From Gemmatimonadota bacterium (GTDB lineage Bacteria; Gemmatimonadota; Gemmatimonadetes; Longimicrobiales; Gaopeijiaceae): a stretch of 64,000 bases of DNA. The stretch covers positions 1 to 64,000 of the forward strand of contig JAXHMG010000002.1 of the NCBI GenBank assembly GCA_034521595.1, given 5' to 3'. The position numbers and the translations under genes were made by a program. The notes beneath the pieces were generated by a model that saw nothing but the letters and a program-made list of their open reading frames with translations, ran no database searches and had not been told where the DNA came from. This document shows, in pieces, positions 28,549 through 39,407 of this stretch (its first letter is position 1; each line of letters begins with the position of its first letter).

Positions 28549-31056
28549 TCACGGGATCCTCCAGACGAGCCCGACCTGCCCGGCCACCCGGCGCTCCCGG
28601 ATGCCGTCGAACGCGCGTGAGGCCCACGACACGCCATAGCTGACTTCGAATCGGTCGCTCGCTTCCCACGTATGGTTCAGAGCGATGGAGGCGACGGCGC
28701 GTGTCCCGAAGCCCTCCTGGGCCACGGCGCCGCCTCCGATGGAGAGGCGCTGCGAGTAGCTCCGGGTGCGGCGCTCGAGCCAGGTCCAGTCCCAGAGCAG
28801 GGTGCCGGTGCCTGAGAGAAATCGGGACGGGTTGAAGTACGGCGCATCGGTCCGGGAGCTCGTGGAGCCGCCGGCATCGACCCGAAACGCCAGTCGGTGA
28901 GCGTGCGTGCGGTGGAACTGCTCCTCGATGGCCGCGCGGACCGACGGCCGGCGGTTGCCGTCCTGCAACTCCAGATACCCCGCTTCGAAAATCCACTCAC
29001 GTCCCTCGTGGGCCCGCCGTCCGACGGAGGCTCCGACGGTCCATCCGTCGATGGCCGCACGGGCGGCGCGTAAGGGAATCTCGGTCGTGCGCGAATCACC
29101 CGAAAGACCGAAGCGCCAGTGGTCACCACGGAGCTCGATCCGTGCCGCGGCGCCGGGCCGGAGTTCCCCCTCGCGGGCGATATGGCCTTCGAGCTCGAGG
29201 GCGAGCGCGCTGGACCGGACCTGCACCCCGGCCAGCAACCTGTCGTGCACCCCCAGGCCTTCGGGAAAGCGGGCGTCAGTGCGCCTCGAGCCCACGAACA
29301 GCCGAGCGCGGTCACCCACCGGTGGCGAGGTGAGTCGGGTGACCAGCGCCCGGTCACGGGTGCCGCGCTCACCGCCCGTGCTCCGTCCCGCTTCGTAGCG
29401 GCTCGAGAGGGTCCAGCTGCCCGTGACGTCCACCCGGCGGGCAGCTCGCTGGACGCGCTCGTCCCCCGGCGTCGTACGGAGGAGCGAGTCGGCGATGGCG
29501 CGGGCGCGGGCGCGCTCGTCCATGTCGAGGGCGGCGTCGATTCGTCCCACGCGGGCTCCCGTCCGCTCGGGATCGACGGTGAGGGTTCGACGGTAGAGCA
29601 CGTCCGCGCGGCGGGGCCAGCCTCGCCAGCGCAGCACCGACGCGAGTTCCTGACGCAGCTCCGCGTTCATGGGGGCCTGCCGGTGCAGGGAAGCCAGCCC
29701 GTCGTGTGCGTCGGTCAACCTGCCGGCGAACGCCCAGCCCAGGTGACGAGCGATGGCCATTGGCAGCCGGTCGGGGTTGGGCACGGCTTCGCCCGTACCT
29801 TCCACCTGGAAAAACTCCGGCTGACCTTCGAGGAACGACGCCAGGAGCTGGTCCGCCTCCGAGAACCGGCGGGCCTCGACGAGAGCCCAGAAAAGCCCGA
29901 GCGTGGTTCCCGGGTCGTCGGGCCATCCGGCCAGAGCAGCCCTGTAGCGGCGGATGGACTCGTCCACCCACCCCAGGGCCAGGGCCGCATCCGCCGCGAG
30001 ACGCTGCGCGTAGGGACGGAGGGTCCCGCCTCCCTCCTCGATGATCTGGACCTCGTCCATCAGCTCGGCCATCCGGTCGCGCTGGTACAAGGCGACGAGC
30101 TTGTCGGCACGGACCCGTTGCAGGGAGGGTGCCGCGGCCGCAGAGTCCAGCGCCGAGAGTTCGGCCATCGTACGGTCGAGCTTCGTGAGGGCACGGTCGG
30201 CAGGATCGAAACGGAACTGCGGCTGGGGTCTCTCGGGAACCACCGACGCCCATTCGGCCCACCGGGCCGCCTCTCCGGCGAGCAGGTCAGCATGGAGCTC
30301 GTCCGGAAACGCTTCCGGAGCAGCGCGCATCCGTTCGACGGCCAGCAGGCTCGCGCCGGCCTCCCGGAGCGCCCGCGCCTCGTTCCGGGTGGCCTGGCCC
30401 CGGTCCGCGCCCGCGTCAAGGGCTCGCCGGTACGCGAGCGCGGCTTCGAGCCAGCGTTCCGCCGCCATGTAGACATGGCCGGCAGCCAACGTCACGTCCG
30501 GATCTTCGGACTGGAATGCGAGGAGGGTATCGAGCCGCTGCAGGGCACGGTCGACGTTTCCGCCTTCGGCGAGTGCCAGCGTGAAGCCGATCTGGCTCTC
30601 CACGCGTCCTCCGTCGCGGCCGATGACGCCCCGGTAGAGGCCGGCCGCGAAGTCGGGATACCGCAGATTTCGGGCGGAGCGGGCCACGGATTCGGCGATG
30701 ATGGCCGGGAGCTCGGCAAAAGGAAGATCCGCGCCCAGGTCGAAGGCCTCTTCATCGAGCCCGGCCCAGCTCAGGGCCGCCGCCAGATCCGCGCGAACGC
30801 CCGTGTCCGACGGCATCTCTCGGTGCAGCCGCCGAAGGATCCGGAGGGCTTCGTCGAAGTCGCCATCGCGGGCGAGCTCGACCGCACGGTTCCGCTCGGG
30901 GTTCTGCGCGGACGGGATCTCCTGCTCGACGTCGACCTGGAGGGCAGCCTGGCTCGGCCTGGGCATGACCAACACCAAGACGCCCAGCGCGCACGCGATG
31001 CCGCCGATTCGAAGTTTGTCGCAGAACAACCGCCCTCCCCGAGGTCTTGCCGCCAC
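28549..31056 (-). CDS. pgaA: PNAG export porin PgaA (start uncertain)
   Basis: TPR-rich N-terminus, RGWPRRA, PYFNPS, C-terminal beta-barrel ending WRIP; first gene of the pga operon. Confidence 0.88.
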   Translation of the reverse strand: MAARPRGGRLFCDKLRIGGIACALGVLVLVMPRPSQAALQVDVEQEIPSAQNPERNRAVELARDGDFDEALRILRRLHREMPSDTGVRADLAAALSWAGLDEEAFDLGADLPFAELPAIIAESVARSARNLRYPDFAAGLYRGVIGRDGGRVESQIGFTLALAEGGNVDRALQRLDTLLAFQSEDPDVTLAAGHVYMAAERWLEAALAYRRALDAGADRGQATRNEARALREAGASLLAVERMRAAPEAFPDELHADLLAGEAARWAEWASVVPERPQPQFRFDPADRALTKLDRTMAELSALDSAAAAPSLQRVRADKLVALYQRDRMAELMDEVQIIEEGGGTLRPYAQRLAADAALALGWVDESIRRYRAALAGWPDDPGTTLGLFWALVEARRFSEADQLLASFLEGQPEFFQVEGTGEAVPNPDRLPMAIARHLGWAFAGRLTDAHDGLASLHRQAPMNAELRQELASVLRWRGWPRRADVLYRRTLTVDPERTGARVGRIDAALDMDERARARAIADSLLRTTPGDERVQRAARRVDVTGSWTLSSRYEAGRSTGGERGTRDRALVTRLTSPPVGDRARLFVGSRRTDARFPEGLGVHDRLLAGVQVRSSALALELEGHIAREGELRPGAAARIELRGDHWRFGLSGDSRTTEIPLRAARAAIDGWTVGASVGRRAHEGREWIFEAGYLELQDGNRRPSVRAAIEEQFHRTHAHRLAFRVDAGGSTSSRTDAPYFNPSRFLSGTGTLLWDWTWLERRTRSYSQRLSIGGGAVAQEGFGTRAVASIALNHTWEASDRFEVSYGVSWASRAFDGIRERRVAGQVGLVWRIP

Positions 31057-31236
31057 GGGAGATCGAGTTCCGATTTCCCACAGCGTGCTCCCGTTCCGCG
31101 GGCCCGCTCGAACCCTGCCTGGAACAAGGCTCAGAGTGCCAAGACTCGCTCGACATGTCCAGTCCCCGCCGCACGCCCTTGGAGTCCGGCGTCTACCGGC
31201 CCTGATCCGCGGGCCTCGGGTGACGTCGGCCGCGAC

Positions 31237-31338
31237 CCTCCGGCCGAATTCGAAGAGCAACACTACAGCAATCTCGCGACTCCAGCGACGCTGGGATCAC
31301 TCAACGTAAATAGTCTCCGGTTAAACCGGGGCGGTTCA
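31237..31338 (+). mobile_element. IS3-family (IS51/IS6110-like) right-end remnant
   Basis: Frame PPAEFEEQHY (typical IS3 OrfB C-terminus) followed by AGTCTCCGGTTAAACCGGGGCGGTTCA, resembling the IS6110-type terminal IR. Confidence 0.75.
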
Positions 31339-31374
31339 GCTTTCCCGGTGGGTCAGTCAGTTCTCGAAGGTGTT

Positions 31375-31419
31375 CGGGAGCCAGGGCAGGACCCGGTCGG
31401 TGAGGTGGGCGGCGACCTC
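31375..31419 (-). mobile_element. Possible IS91-family transposase fragment
   Basis: Reads EVAAHLTDRVLPWLP, like the AAHLVDxVLPxxP segment after the IS91 zinc-binding domain; only 15 codons. Confidence 0.4.
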
Positions 31420-31466
31420 ATCGCAGGTACACCCGGAAGTCACGTTCGACCCAGGCGGGGACACCC

Positions 31467-31614
31467 CAACGCCGAAACGAGATCGAGCGATCGTTCAGGC
31501 GGCTCAAGGCCTTTCGCAGGATCTTTTCTCGGTTGGACAAGCTCGACGGGATGTTCACCGCCTTGATCCACTTCTTCGTTCTCATCGCCGAGGCTCGTTA
31601 GTGTGAACAAGCCC
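31467..31614 (+). mobile_element. IS5-family (IS427 group) transposase C-terminus and right end
   Basis: Frame QRRNEIERSFRRLKAFRRIFSRLDKLDGMFTALIHFFVLIAEAR* then TGTGAACAAGCCC end. Confidence 0.8.
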
Positions 31615-31778
31615 CACCGGCCCGAGGCGAAAACTCGCTTGTCGGCGGCGCGCCACCCGCCGTACGTTTGCACCATGGCCACGATACGGCATAGGCCCCC
31701 CTCGAGACCGGCGCGTGAACGCGATGCGCCGTGCGTAACGCGACGGGCCGCTCCGCTCCGGTACGGGGTTCGGCCTCG

Positions 31779-32708
31779 ATGAGGTGGCGCCCTCACGTGT
31801 TCGGCCTGACCGCAGGGTTCGCGATCTCCGCCGGAGCCGCGGCGGCTTGGCTCGCGCCGAGCGGCGCCGGGGCGACGGTCATGCTGCAGGAAGGAGCCAC
31901 CGGTCTGCAGGAAGGCGTCACCGGCTGGACGTGCGAGCGGGGCCCCCGGGGCTACGGCGACATGGAGGTCACGCCCGAAGGGTACGTGAGGGCGCCCCCG
32001 GGAGAGCCGACCCGCCCGCACCAGTTCTACCTCGTCCGCGCGATCTACAGTGAGCGGAGCCGCTTCGGCGGCCGGAGGAGCGGCGGCGCTTGGGCCATCG
32101 ACTACCCGGCCGCGGACCGGGTGATGACCCGCGTCGCGACGAGGCTCTCGAATCTGGACGCCTGCCCCTGGGAGAAGCCGATCTCCCTCGCCGATCCACA
32201 GCTCCGGCGGCACCCGTTCGTGTACACCGTGGAGTGGGGACGCGGCGCGGACCTTACCGACGCGGAGGTACGGGGGCTCCGTGATTACCTGCGCGCGGGC
32301 GGATTCCTGATGGTCGACGACTTCTGGGGCACCCGGGAATGGCAGGTGTTCGAGGAACAGATCCGGCGCGTCCTCCCCGACCGCGAGATCGTCGAAGTGC
32401 CCCGGGACCACCCCGTTTTCCGCTCCTACTACGACATCGACGGGGACATCGTCCAGGTGCCCGGCATCCGGGACGGTCGCGCCATCACGAGGGGATGGAG
32501 CGACGCGCGCACCCACCAGCGGGACGGATACGAAGCGCACCTTCGCGGCATCTTCGACGACGACGGCCGCCTCATGGTGGCGATCAACTGGAACACCGAC
32601 CTGGGCGACGCCCTGGAATGGGCGGAATCCCCCGAATATCCGCTCGAGTACTCGACGTTCGCTTCGAGGCTCTTCCTGAACCTCATCGTCTACGCCATGG
32701 CGTACTGA
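31779..32708 (+). CDS. DUF4159 domain protein
   Basis: WAIDYP.AD, YLRAGGFLMVDDFWG, DHPVF, NTDLGDA.EW, N.IVYAM. Confidence 0.85.
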   Translation: MRWRPHVFGLTAGFAISAGAAAAWLAPSGAGATVMLQEGATGLQEGVTGWTCERGPRGYGDMEVTPEGYVRAPPGEPTRPHQFYLVRAIYSERSRFGGRRSGGAWAIDYPAADRVMTRVATRLSNLDACPWEKPISLADPQLRRHPFVYTVEWGRGADLTDAEVRGLRDYLRAGGFLMVDDFWGTREWQVFEEQIRRVLPDREIVEVPRDHPVFRSYYDIDGDIVQVPGIRDGRAITRGWSDARTHQRDGYEAHLRGIFDDDGRLMVAINWNTDLGDALEWAESPEYPLEYSTFASRLFLNLIVYAMAY

Positions 32709-32750
32709 CCGCCGGTGCCGCGCGCCTGCGAGGTTCGGCGCACGGGCCCC

Positions 32751-33557
32751 TCAGATCTTCCGCCTGGGCGGCACCACCAGCTCGCCCCGCTCCAACCGGT
32801 CGAGGAGCCCTTCGGCGGCTAGGCGGAGGCGGTCGGCTTTCCGGTGGAACGTGGCCCGACCGACCATCGAGCCCCCGACGCCGCCTACCCCGGCGCCGAC
32901 CAAGCCGACGGCCACCGTCGCCGCGGGAGGGAAGAGCGCGGACAACCCCACCGCGCTTCCGACGCCCCCCACGACCGCCAGCCCCGCGATCCAGCCACCC
33001 CCCTCCTCCATGCGCAGGTTCCGCACGTCCACGGTGAGGGTCACGAGGCTGAACCCTTCCTCGAGCGCCTGCACGGAGAGCTCGAGCTGCCGTGCCTGCG
33101 CCAGCTCGTAGCGCTGCCCGCCCCATTTCAGGCCACGCTGGAGCTGCGCGAGCATCCCTTCCGCCGGCTCCCAGAGCGAGAAGCCGGCACGGCGGCGCAC
33201 GGCGTCGAGGCTCTCCTGCTTCGAGAGCCACCGCACCAGTCGCTCTTCGACCTCGTCCGGATCTCCCGGGATCACCCGGTCCGCACGCACGCTTCCCTCG
33301 CCCACCACGCGCCGCAGCGGTCCCGAATCCGGCGGCAGCGCGGGAACGAGCGCCTCGGCCCGCACCTCCCCGAGCGCACGCCGCATGTGACCGGGATCGA
33401 GCCCCACCTCACGCCCGATACGCAGCACCTCGTCCTCGGAGAGAACGCCCGCGTCGTCGGTGCCTTCCTGGAACTGGAGCTCGGCCGCGCGACGGATCAC
33501 GCGGTCGAGATCGGCACGGCTGAGGGCCGGCCGTGGCGCGTCCTCCGTCACCGCCAC
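32751..33557 (-). CDS. Hypothetical membrane protein
   Basis: DRVIRRAAELQ...IGREVGL..ALGE N-terminus; two C-terminal TM helices. Confidence 0.75.
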   Translation of the reverse strand: MAVTEDAPRPALSRADLDRVIRRAAELQFQEGTDDAGVLSEDEVLRIGREVGLDPGHMRRALGEVRAEALVPALPPDSGPLRRVVGEGSVRADRVIPGDPDEVEERLVRWLSKQESLDAVRRRAGFSLWEPAEGMLAQLQRGLKWGGQRYELAQARQLELSVQALEEGFSLVTLTVDVRNLRMEEGGGWIAGLAVVGGVGSAVGLSALFPPAATVAVGLVGAGVGGVGGSMVGRATFHRKADRLRLAAEGLLDRLERGELVVPPRRKI

Positions 33558-33671
33558 CGTCCCGCGATCGGCGCACGCCCGGAGGAGCACCGGATCGGAT
33601 CGAGCACATCGAGCACCATCATCCCGGAATCTTCCGCCGCAGGCGCACTCCGGGCAACACCCGCCTCCGGC

Positions 33672-35826
33672 TCAGCCGTCGACCCGCTCGTGCCGGAAGG
33701 ACCCGTTCGGCTGGTGGAAGGTCACGGCCGTGGCGTCACCATCTTCCGGAACCTCGAACGCGACTCGGATCTGGGGGGCCGCCTCGAGCGTGAAGCTGGT
33801 TCCTCGGTCGGGGACGAGAGTGTAGGAGGGCTGACCGGGGATCGTGGCGACGAGCTGCGCACCCTGGCGTCGTACCTCGATGGTCTGGCCGTCTCGGTCG
33901 TACGAGCCGGTGAGGCGGTCGAGATACGCGGGATCGGTGAGGCGGCTGTCCGGAGCTCGATCGAAGGTCGCCGCCGACAGCGCCGACTCGAGGGGCACTT
34001 CGACCGCGCCGACGGAACCGTCGAACGCCGTGACGAACCGGACGCGTTGTCCGGCGAGCGGGGACAGCTCCTCGGGATCGCGGGTCACGAACACGTCGTA
34101 GTGGACGTGCTCGAGGTCGAAGGTGAGGTCGTAGTAGTGGAGGCGCAGGGGGGCGCCGTCCTTCGGGTCCTCGACGACGGACACGGTCAGCTCGCCGTAC
34201 CCGGGATGATGATACGCTCCCGCGTACGCGTCGAGCTCGTGGGACGGGGTCGTCCCCTCGACGACCGGGGGTCCCTCTTCGGGCGCCTCCTGCCTCCGGG
34301 CCCTCGACGCTGTCGGTCCGGGCACGCCGGTCGTCGCGTTCGGCGAGCGCCTCTCCGCTCCAGTCACGCGGTTCGAGCTCCAACACGCGGTCGGCCACCT
34401 GCCGCGCCGCGAACTCCGCCAGCGGGGTCCCGTTCTTGTTGGTGAGGACGACGATGCCCAGCTCGTCGTGCGGGAACAGGGCCACCATCGCGCTGAAGCC
34501 GTCGATGTTACCGCCGTGATGGACGCGGAAGTGACCGCGGTAGCTGTCCACGAACCACCCCAGGGCGTAGCTCTGAACACCGAACGCGGGATCGCTGGGC
34601 CGGGAAGCGATCGCCATCGCGGGCGTCTGTAGTGCTTCGACCGTCCCCTGCTCGAGAATCGTCCGCCCATCGAGGGTTCCCTCGGCGAGGTGGAGCCGGA
34701 GCCACTCCGCCATCTCCTCGGCGGAGCTGTTGATGGATCCGGCCGGGCCCACGGCGTCGATGGTGCGGAAGTCGATGCGGACCAGTGAGTCGTTCCGCTC
34801 CGCATAGGGAAGCGCGTGGTCGGGGTCGCTCTGGCTCGTCCGCACGGAGAGGCCGGAGCGGGGCATCCCCAACGGATCGAGAAGCCGCTCGCGAATGAGC
34901 TCCTCCCAGGACGCCTCTCCCACGCGCTCCATGAGATGGCCGGCGACCATGTACATGAGGTTGTTGTACTGCCAGGCCGCGCGAAGCGGCTCGGTCGGCG
35001 GCAGGTGCGGCAGCCGCTCGAGCACCTCCGCGCGCGTCAGCTCCGGGTTCGCGTACCAGATGGCGTCGTGCCGGGGGAGGCCCGAGCGGTGAGTCACCAG
35101 GTCCCGAACCGTCATCGCTTCCGCGACCGCGGTATCCGCGAGCGCGAACTCGGGCAGGTGGGCGCGGACGCGGTCTTCCCAGTCGAGCGCACCGTCATCC
35201 ACGAAGGTCCCGAGTAGCGAGGTCGTGAACGCCTTCGTGGATGAGCCGATGGCGAAGAGCGTCTCCTCCGTCACCGGAAGCGAGTCCTCGACATCGCGGA
35301 GGCCGTAGCCCGCCAGGTGCGCCACCTCGCCGTCCTTGACCACCGCCAACCCGAGGCCGGGCACGTTCCAGGCGTCCATGTGCTCGGCCATCCAGGCGTC
35401 GAGCCCGTCCAACGCCGCCGTCAGGTCCACCGCTTCCGCCCGTTCCAAGGCGAACGGGAAGGTCTGGGAGCCCTGAGTGAAGTCGCCTTCGAGGGCGGCG
35501 CGTTCCGGCCCGACCTCACCCCGGAAGGTGGGATCACCGGGCACGCCTTCGATCGAGAACACGACCGAATCCTCGACGACCCGGATGCCGGTCAGCGGCT
35601 CCTGCTCGGCTCCCTGGCTCGGGATGTCCACCGTGCCGGACCAATCACCGGCCTCGGATCGCGCGAGCGACACGGTGAAGGCCAACGGACTTCCGGGAAC
35701 GGCGATCTCGCCCCGCCACGTCCCTTCCGGATCCGCCGGTGCGTCTTGTGCCCGTGAGGGCGTCGGTCCAGCGAGCCCGCCGGCCACGACGAAGAGGAGG
35801 GGGAGAAGAGCTCGGCACACCATCAT
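33672..35826 (-). pseudogene. Serine hydrolase (beta-lactamase family plus DUF3471), frameshifted near 34300
   Basis: GSSTK, YNN, HGG in one frame; YAGAYHHPGYG C-terminal domain continues in another frame. Confidence 0.8.
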
Positions 35827-35933
35827 GACTGCCTCGTTCGCTGGGGTGCGGAGTCGCGTACCGACTCCTTCACGGACCGCCCTACAGTGACCGCAACGGC
35901 CGAGTTTCAAGCGCTTGGCCCGTGAGGCGGATG

Positions 35934-38900
35934 TCAGCGCCCACCCCCCACGCCCGGCACTCCTTCGGGCTCGTCACTCCACCACCAGAGCGGCGCGAGC
36001 TCGCGCGTGCGCGGGTGGATCTCGGTAAGGGTGTCGCCTTCGTACAGGCGGCCGTTCTTCATCACGTAGCGGACGGTGTTCGTGTGGCGGATGTCGTCGA
36101 GCGGGTTCTCGTCGAGCACGACCAGGTCGGCGAGCTTGCCGGGCTCGATCGAGCCGAGATCCCGGTCGAGGCCGATGGCCTCAGCACCCTGGATGGTCGC
36201 CACCCGAAGCGCGTCGTGCTCATCGAGCCCCCCGGATTGCATGGCCCACAGCTCCCAGTGGTAGCCGAGCCCCTGGAGCTGGCCGTGGCTTCCGACACCG
36301 GCCTTTCCGCCCGCCTCCACCAGGTCCGCCACGAAGCGGGCGTGATCCCGGAAGACATGCTCCTCTTCCATGAACCAGCCGGCCCCCCGGCGCCGCGTGG
36401 ACCCGTCGAGCACGCCGTACGGCGTGAAGCGCGCGAGCTTCGGATCGTCGTGCGGCTGCTCTCGTGAGTAGAAGTAGTTCTCGGCCCACGGACCGCCGTA
36501 CGCGACGAGCAGGGTCGGCGTGTAGACACGCCCGCTCTCCGCGAAGAGGCGCACGTAGTCCTCGTAGACCGGGTAGACCGGAATCGAGTGCTCGAGCCCG
36601 GGATAGCCATCGATGGTTTCCGTGAGGTTCTGCTTGAGGTTCAGCGATCCCTCGGTCGTCGGCATGAGCTCGTGCTCGCGAGCCGCCTGGATGATCCACT
36701 GGCGCTGCTCCCTCGTGCCGGCCACGTACATCTTCAACGTCTTGGTATCGAAGTAGTCGGCGTAGCGCCGGATGAGCGTGCGGGCCTCGTCGAGGGAATC
36801 GACGTTGGACTGGAAGAAGATGCCCGGGCCGGTCGAGTAGATGCGCGGCCCCACGAGCTCGCCCGCTCGCACCCGGTCTTCGTAGGTGAGGACGTCCGTG
36901 CTTCCGGTCTGGGGATCGCGGGTCGTCGTGACCCCGTAGGCGAGGTTCACGAAATAGGCCCACACGTCCGCGCGGTGCACGTTGAAGGACGGACGCAGGT
37001 GGGCGTGCGTGTCGACGAACCCGGGCACGATCGTGCGGCCGGAGACGTCCACGACCTCCGCGCCCGAAGGCACCTCCACGTCGCCCCGGGGACCGACGTC
37101 GACGATGCGGTTGTCCCGAACCACGAGATCGGCGTCCTCCACCACCTCGTCGTCCCTCATCGTGATCACACGCGCGCCCCGAAGCACGACCGTGCCCCGC
37201 GGAATGTCCCGCGCGACCGCTACCTCTACCCGGTGCTCCACGGCCCGGTATCCGGTCTCGCCGTCATCGGACTCCTCGTCCTCAGCGTCGGCGTCTTCAT
37301 CCTCATCGGCTTCGGCCACCTCGACGCTGTCCTCGTAGGCCCGCGCCGCGTCGAGGTCGTAGACGAAGTGCGCGTTGCCGAGCGACCAGTGCACCGTCCG
37401 CCCGTCCGCGCCCCAGGCCGGGAACTCGCCTCCGAAATCGGTCAGCTTGCGGGCCGGAAACGCCGCGTCGTCGGGGTCGCCGACCTGAATGGTCGGGGCG
37501 GTGCCTACGTCCGGAACCGTCAGCGTATAGACGTGGTTGAGGATGTGCGCCAGCGCCCGGTCGCCGGTCGGTGCCATGACGACGGACGAGGGGCTCTGCG
37601 CGTCGTCCTGGCCCGTCACGTCCTCCCCTCGCACCCGCACGTGGGTCTGCTCGTCCGTGCCGTCCCACCGGACCGAGACGAGCCGGTCCGGCGAGCGGAA
37701 GAGGTGAATGCGCTCCCCGTCCTCCGTGAAGTGCGGTCGGCTCCGGTCCCCCAAGGGCATGACGACGGTGGCCTGCCCGCCCGCGGCCGGAAGCCAGACG
37801 AGCTCGTCGGCCGAGCTCCCGGCGCCCTGGCTCGGGTGTTCCAGGAACGCCCGAGCGTCTCCCCGCAACACCACGATCCGCTCCCCGTCGGGGGACCAGG
37901 CGGGCTGGCTGTAGAACGCGGGCAGCTCCGAGAGCCGCTCGGGCGTGCCCCCATCGGCGGACACGCGGTACACGTGACCGGCCTCACCTTCCCACGTCAC
38001 GAACGCGAGCGAGCCACCATCCGGAGACCACGCGGGCATGTGCTGTTGGGCGTCCGGCATCTCCGCGACCCTCCGCGGGCTCGTTCCGTCGACGTTCGCC
38101 ACGTACAGGCGGTCGAGCGCGGTGAACGCGAGGCGGGTACCGTCGGGAGACGGGACCGCATCACGGATCTGGCGGGCCGTGAAGGTCTCCGTGTCCTCGA
38201 TCGGATAGTCGAAATCGACTTCGGGACCGATCTCGAGGTCGAAGCGGACCCGGAAAGGGATCTCCTCCGCGGACCCGCCGTCCACCGGAAGCCGCCAGAT
38301 CTTGCCGCCGTAGCTCGTTACCAGGTGCTCCGAGTCCGGCGTGAACGACATGCCCGGCAGCACGTCGAGCGTGGCCCGCGACTCCTGGTCGTCGTGCTGG
38401 ACGGGGTGCGCGAGCCAGCGCTCGTCGCCCGACTCCAGGTCGCGGATCCGGAGCCCGGTCTCCGCGTCGTGGCGTGTCCCGTAGACCAGCCACCGTCCGT
38501 CGGGCGAGAGGGTGGGACGAAACGCGCTTCCGACCCGCTCGACCCGCGTGTGCACCTCGCCGGTCTCCCGGTCGTACGCGCGGACACGGTACTGCGGAAG
38601 ATCGGCGTTGTACTCCCAATCTCCGGAGCCGGTGCGCTGGGCGAACCACACCCACCGTCCCTCCGGACTGAACGCCGCGCCCACGGCCTTGCGCAGATCC
38701 TCCTCTTCCAGCAGATCCACGCCCGACCCGCCGTCGACGTGCCACAGCCTCAAATTCGGGTTTCCACCGTACCGGAACGTGCCGCTGCCGAACGTCGCGA
38801 CGACGTAGTTCCCGTCCGGCGACCAGTCCGGTGCCTCGGCCCGGTTCGCTTCTCCCCGCGAGACTTGCGTCGTGTCGGTCCGGTCGAGGCTGATGGTCCA

Positions 38901-39272
38901 GATATTCTGACCGCCGTCCCGGTCGGACGTGAAGGCCACTCGCTCGCCGTCCGGCGAGAAGCGCGGCTGTGCGTCGAAGGCCATGCCCGACGTGAGCTGC
39001 GTCGCCTCGCCACCCTCGATGGGAACGGTGAACAGGTCACCCAGATAATCGAATACGAGAGTGCGCCCGTCCGGACTGACATCGAGCGAGATCCAGGAAC
39101 CTTCGGTGAGGTCGATGGGCACCGTGCGCCCGGGCTCCAGCGGGAGGCTGCCGTGCGCGCCATCTCCCCCGGTCTCGTCCCCTTCCGGTTCCTGGCCGAC
39201 GGCCCCGCCGGCGAGACCCGCCGACACCAGCAATACGGATACCATCGCGAGCGCGTGCCTGCCCATCCTCAT
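35934..39272 (-). CDS. Amidohydrolase with PD40/TolB-like repeats
   Basis: Signal peptide; SPDG repeats; PGFVDTHAH, YGVTT, GSIEPGKLADLV; AGGAGG SD. Confidence 0.92.
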   Translation of the reverse strand: MRMGRHALAMVSVLLVSAGLAGGAVGQEPEGDETGGDGAHGSLPLEPGRTVPIDLTEGSWISLDVSPDGRTLVFDYLGDLFTVPIEGGEATQLTSGMAFDAQPRFSPDGERVAFTSDRDGGQNIWTISLDRTDTTQVSRGEANRAEAPDWSPDGNYVVATFGSGTFRYGGNPNLRLWHVDGGSGVDLLEEEDLRKAVGAAFSPEGRWVWFAQRTGSGDWEYNADLPQYRVRAYDRETGEVHTRVERVGSAFRPTLSPDGRWLVYGTRHDAETGLRIRDLESGDERWLAHPVQHDDQESRATLDVLPGMSFTPDSEHLVTSYGGKIWRLPVDGGSAEEIPFRVRFDLEIGPEVDFDYPIEDTETFTARQIRDAVPSPDGTRLAFTALDRLYVANVDGTSPRRVAEMPDAQQHMPAWSPDGGSLAFVTWEGEAGHVYRVSADGGTPERLSELPAFYSQPAWSPDGERIVVLRGDARAFLEHPSQGAGSSADELVWLPAAGGQATVVMPLGDRSRPHFTEDGERIHLFRSPDRLVSVRWDGTDEQTHVRVRGEDVTGQDDAQSPSSVVMAPTGDRALAHILNHVYTLTVPDVGTAPTIQVGDPDDAAFPARKLTDFGGEFPAWGADGRTVHWSLGNAHFVYDLDAARAYEDSVEVAEADEDEDADAEDEESDDGETGYRAVEHRVEVAVARDIPRGTVVLRGARVITMRDDEVVEDADLVVRDNRIVDVGPRGDVEVPSGAEVVDVSGRTIVPGFVDTHAHLRPSFNVHRADVWAYFVNLAYGVTTTRDPQTGSTDVLTYEDRVRAGELVGPRIYSTGPGIFFQSNVDSLDEARTLIRRYADYFDTKTLKMYVAGTREQRQWIIQAAREHELMPTTEGSLNLKQNLTETIDGYPGLEHSIPVYPVYEDYVRLFAESGRVYTPTLLVAYGGPWAENYFYSREQPHDDPKLARFTPYGVLDGSTRRRGAGWFMEEEHVFRDHARFVADLVEAGGKAGVGSHGQLQGLGYHWELWAMQSGGLDEHDALRVATIQGAEAIGLDRDLGSIEPGKLADLVVLDENPLDDIRHTNTVRYVMKNGRLYEGDTLTEIHPRTRELAPLWWWSDEPEGVPGVGGGR

Positions 39273-39407
39273 GACCCTCCTCCTGTTCACTCCTGGACCG
39301 TCCACACCATGTTCACGGGCGCGCTGCGACTCCCGGACCCGCGTCGAGAGCCGCGCACGGCCCGCCGGCCGCCACAATAGTGGACGGAGCACGTCCCTGC
39401 ACGTCGC

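Noticed and set aside
31312-31345. Possible c-di-GMP riboswitch or terminator upstream of pgaA
   Set aside because: No GEMM core; the sequence is better explained as an IS3-family inverted repeat
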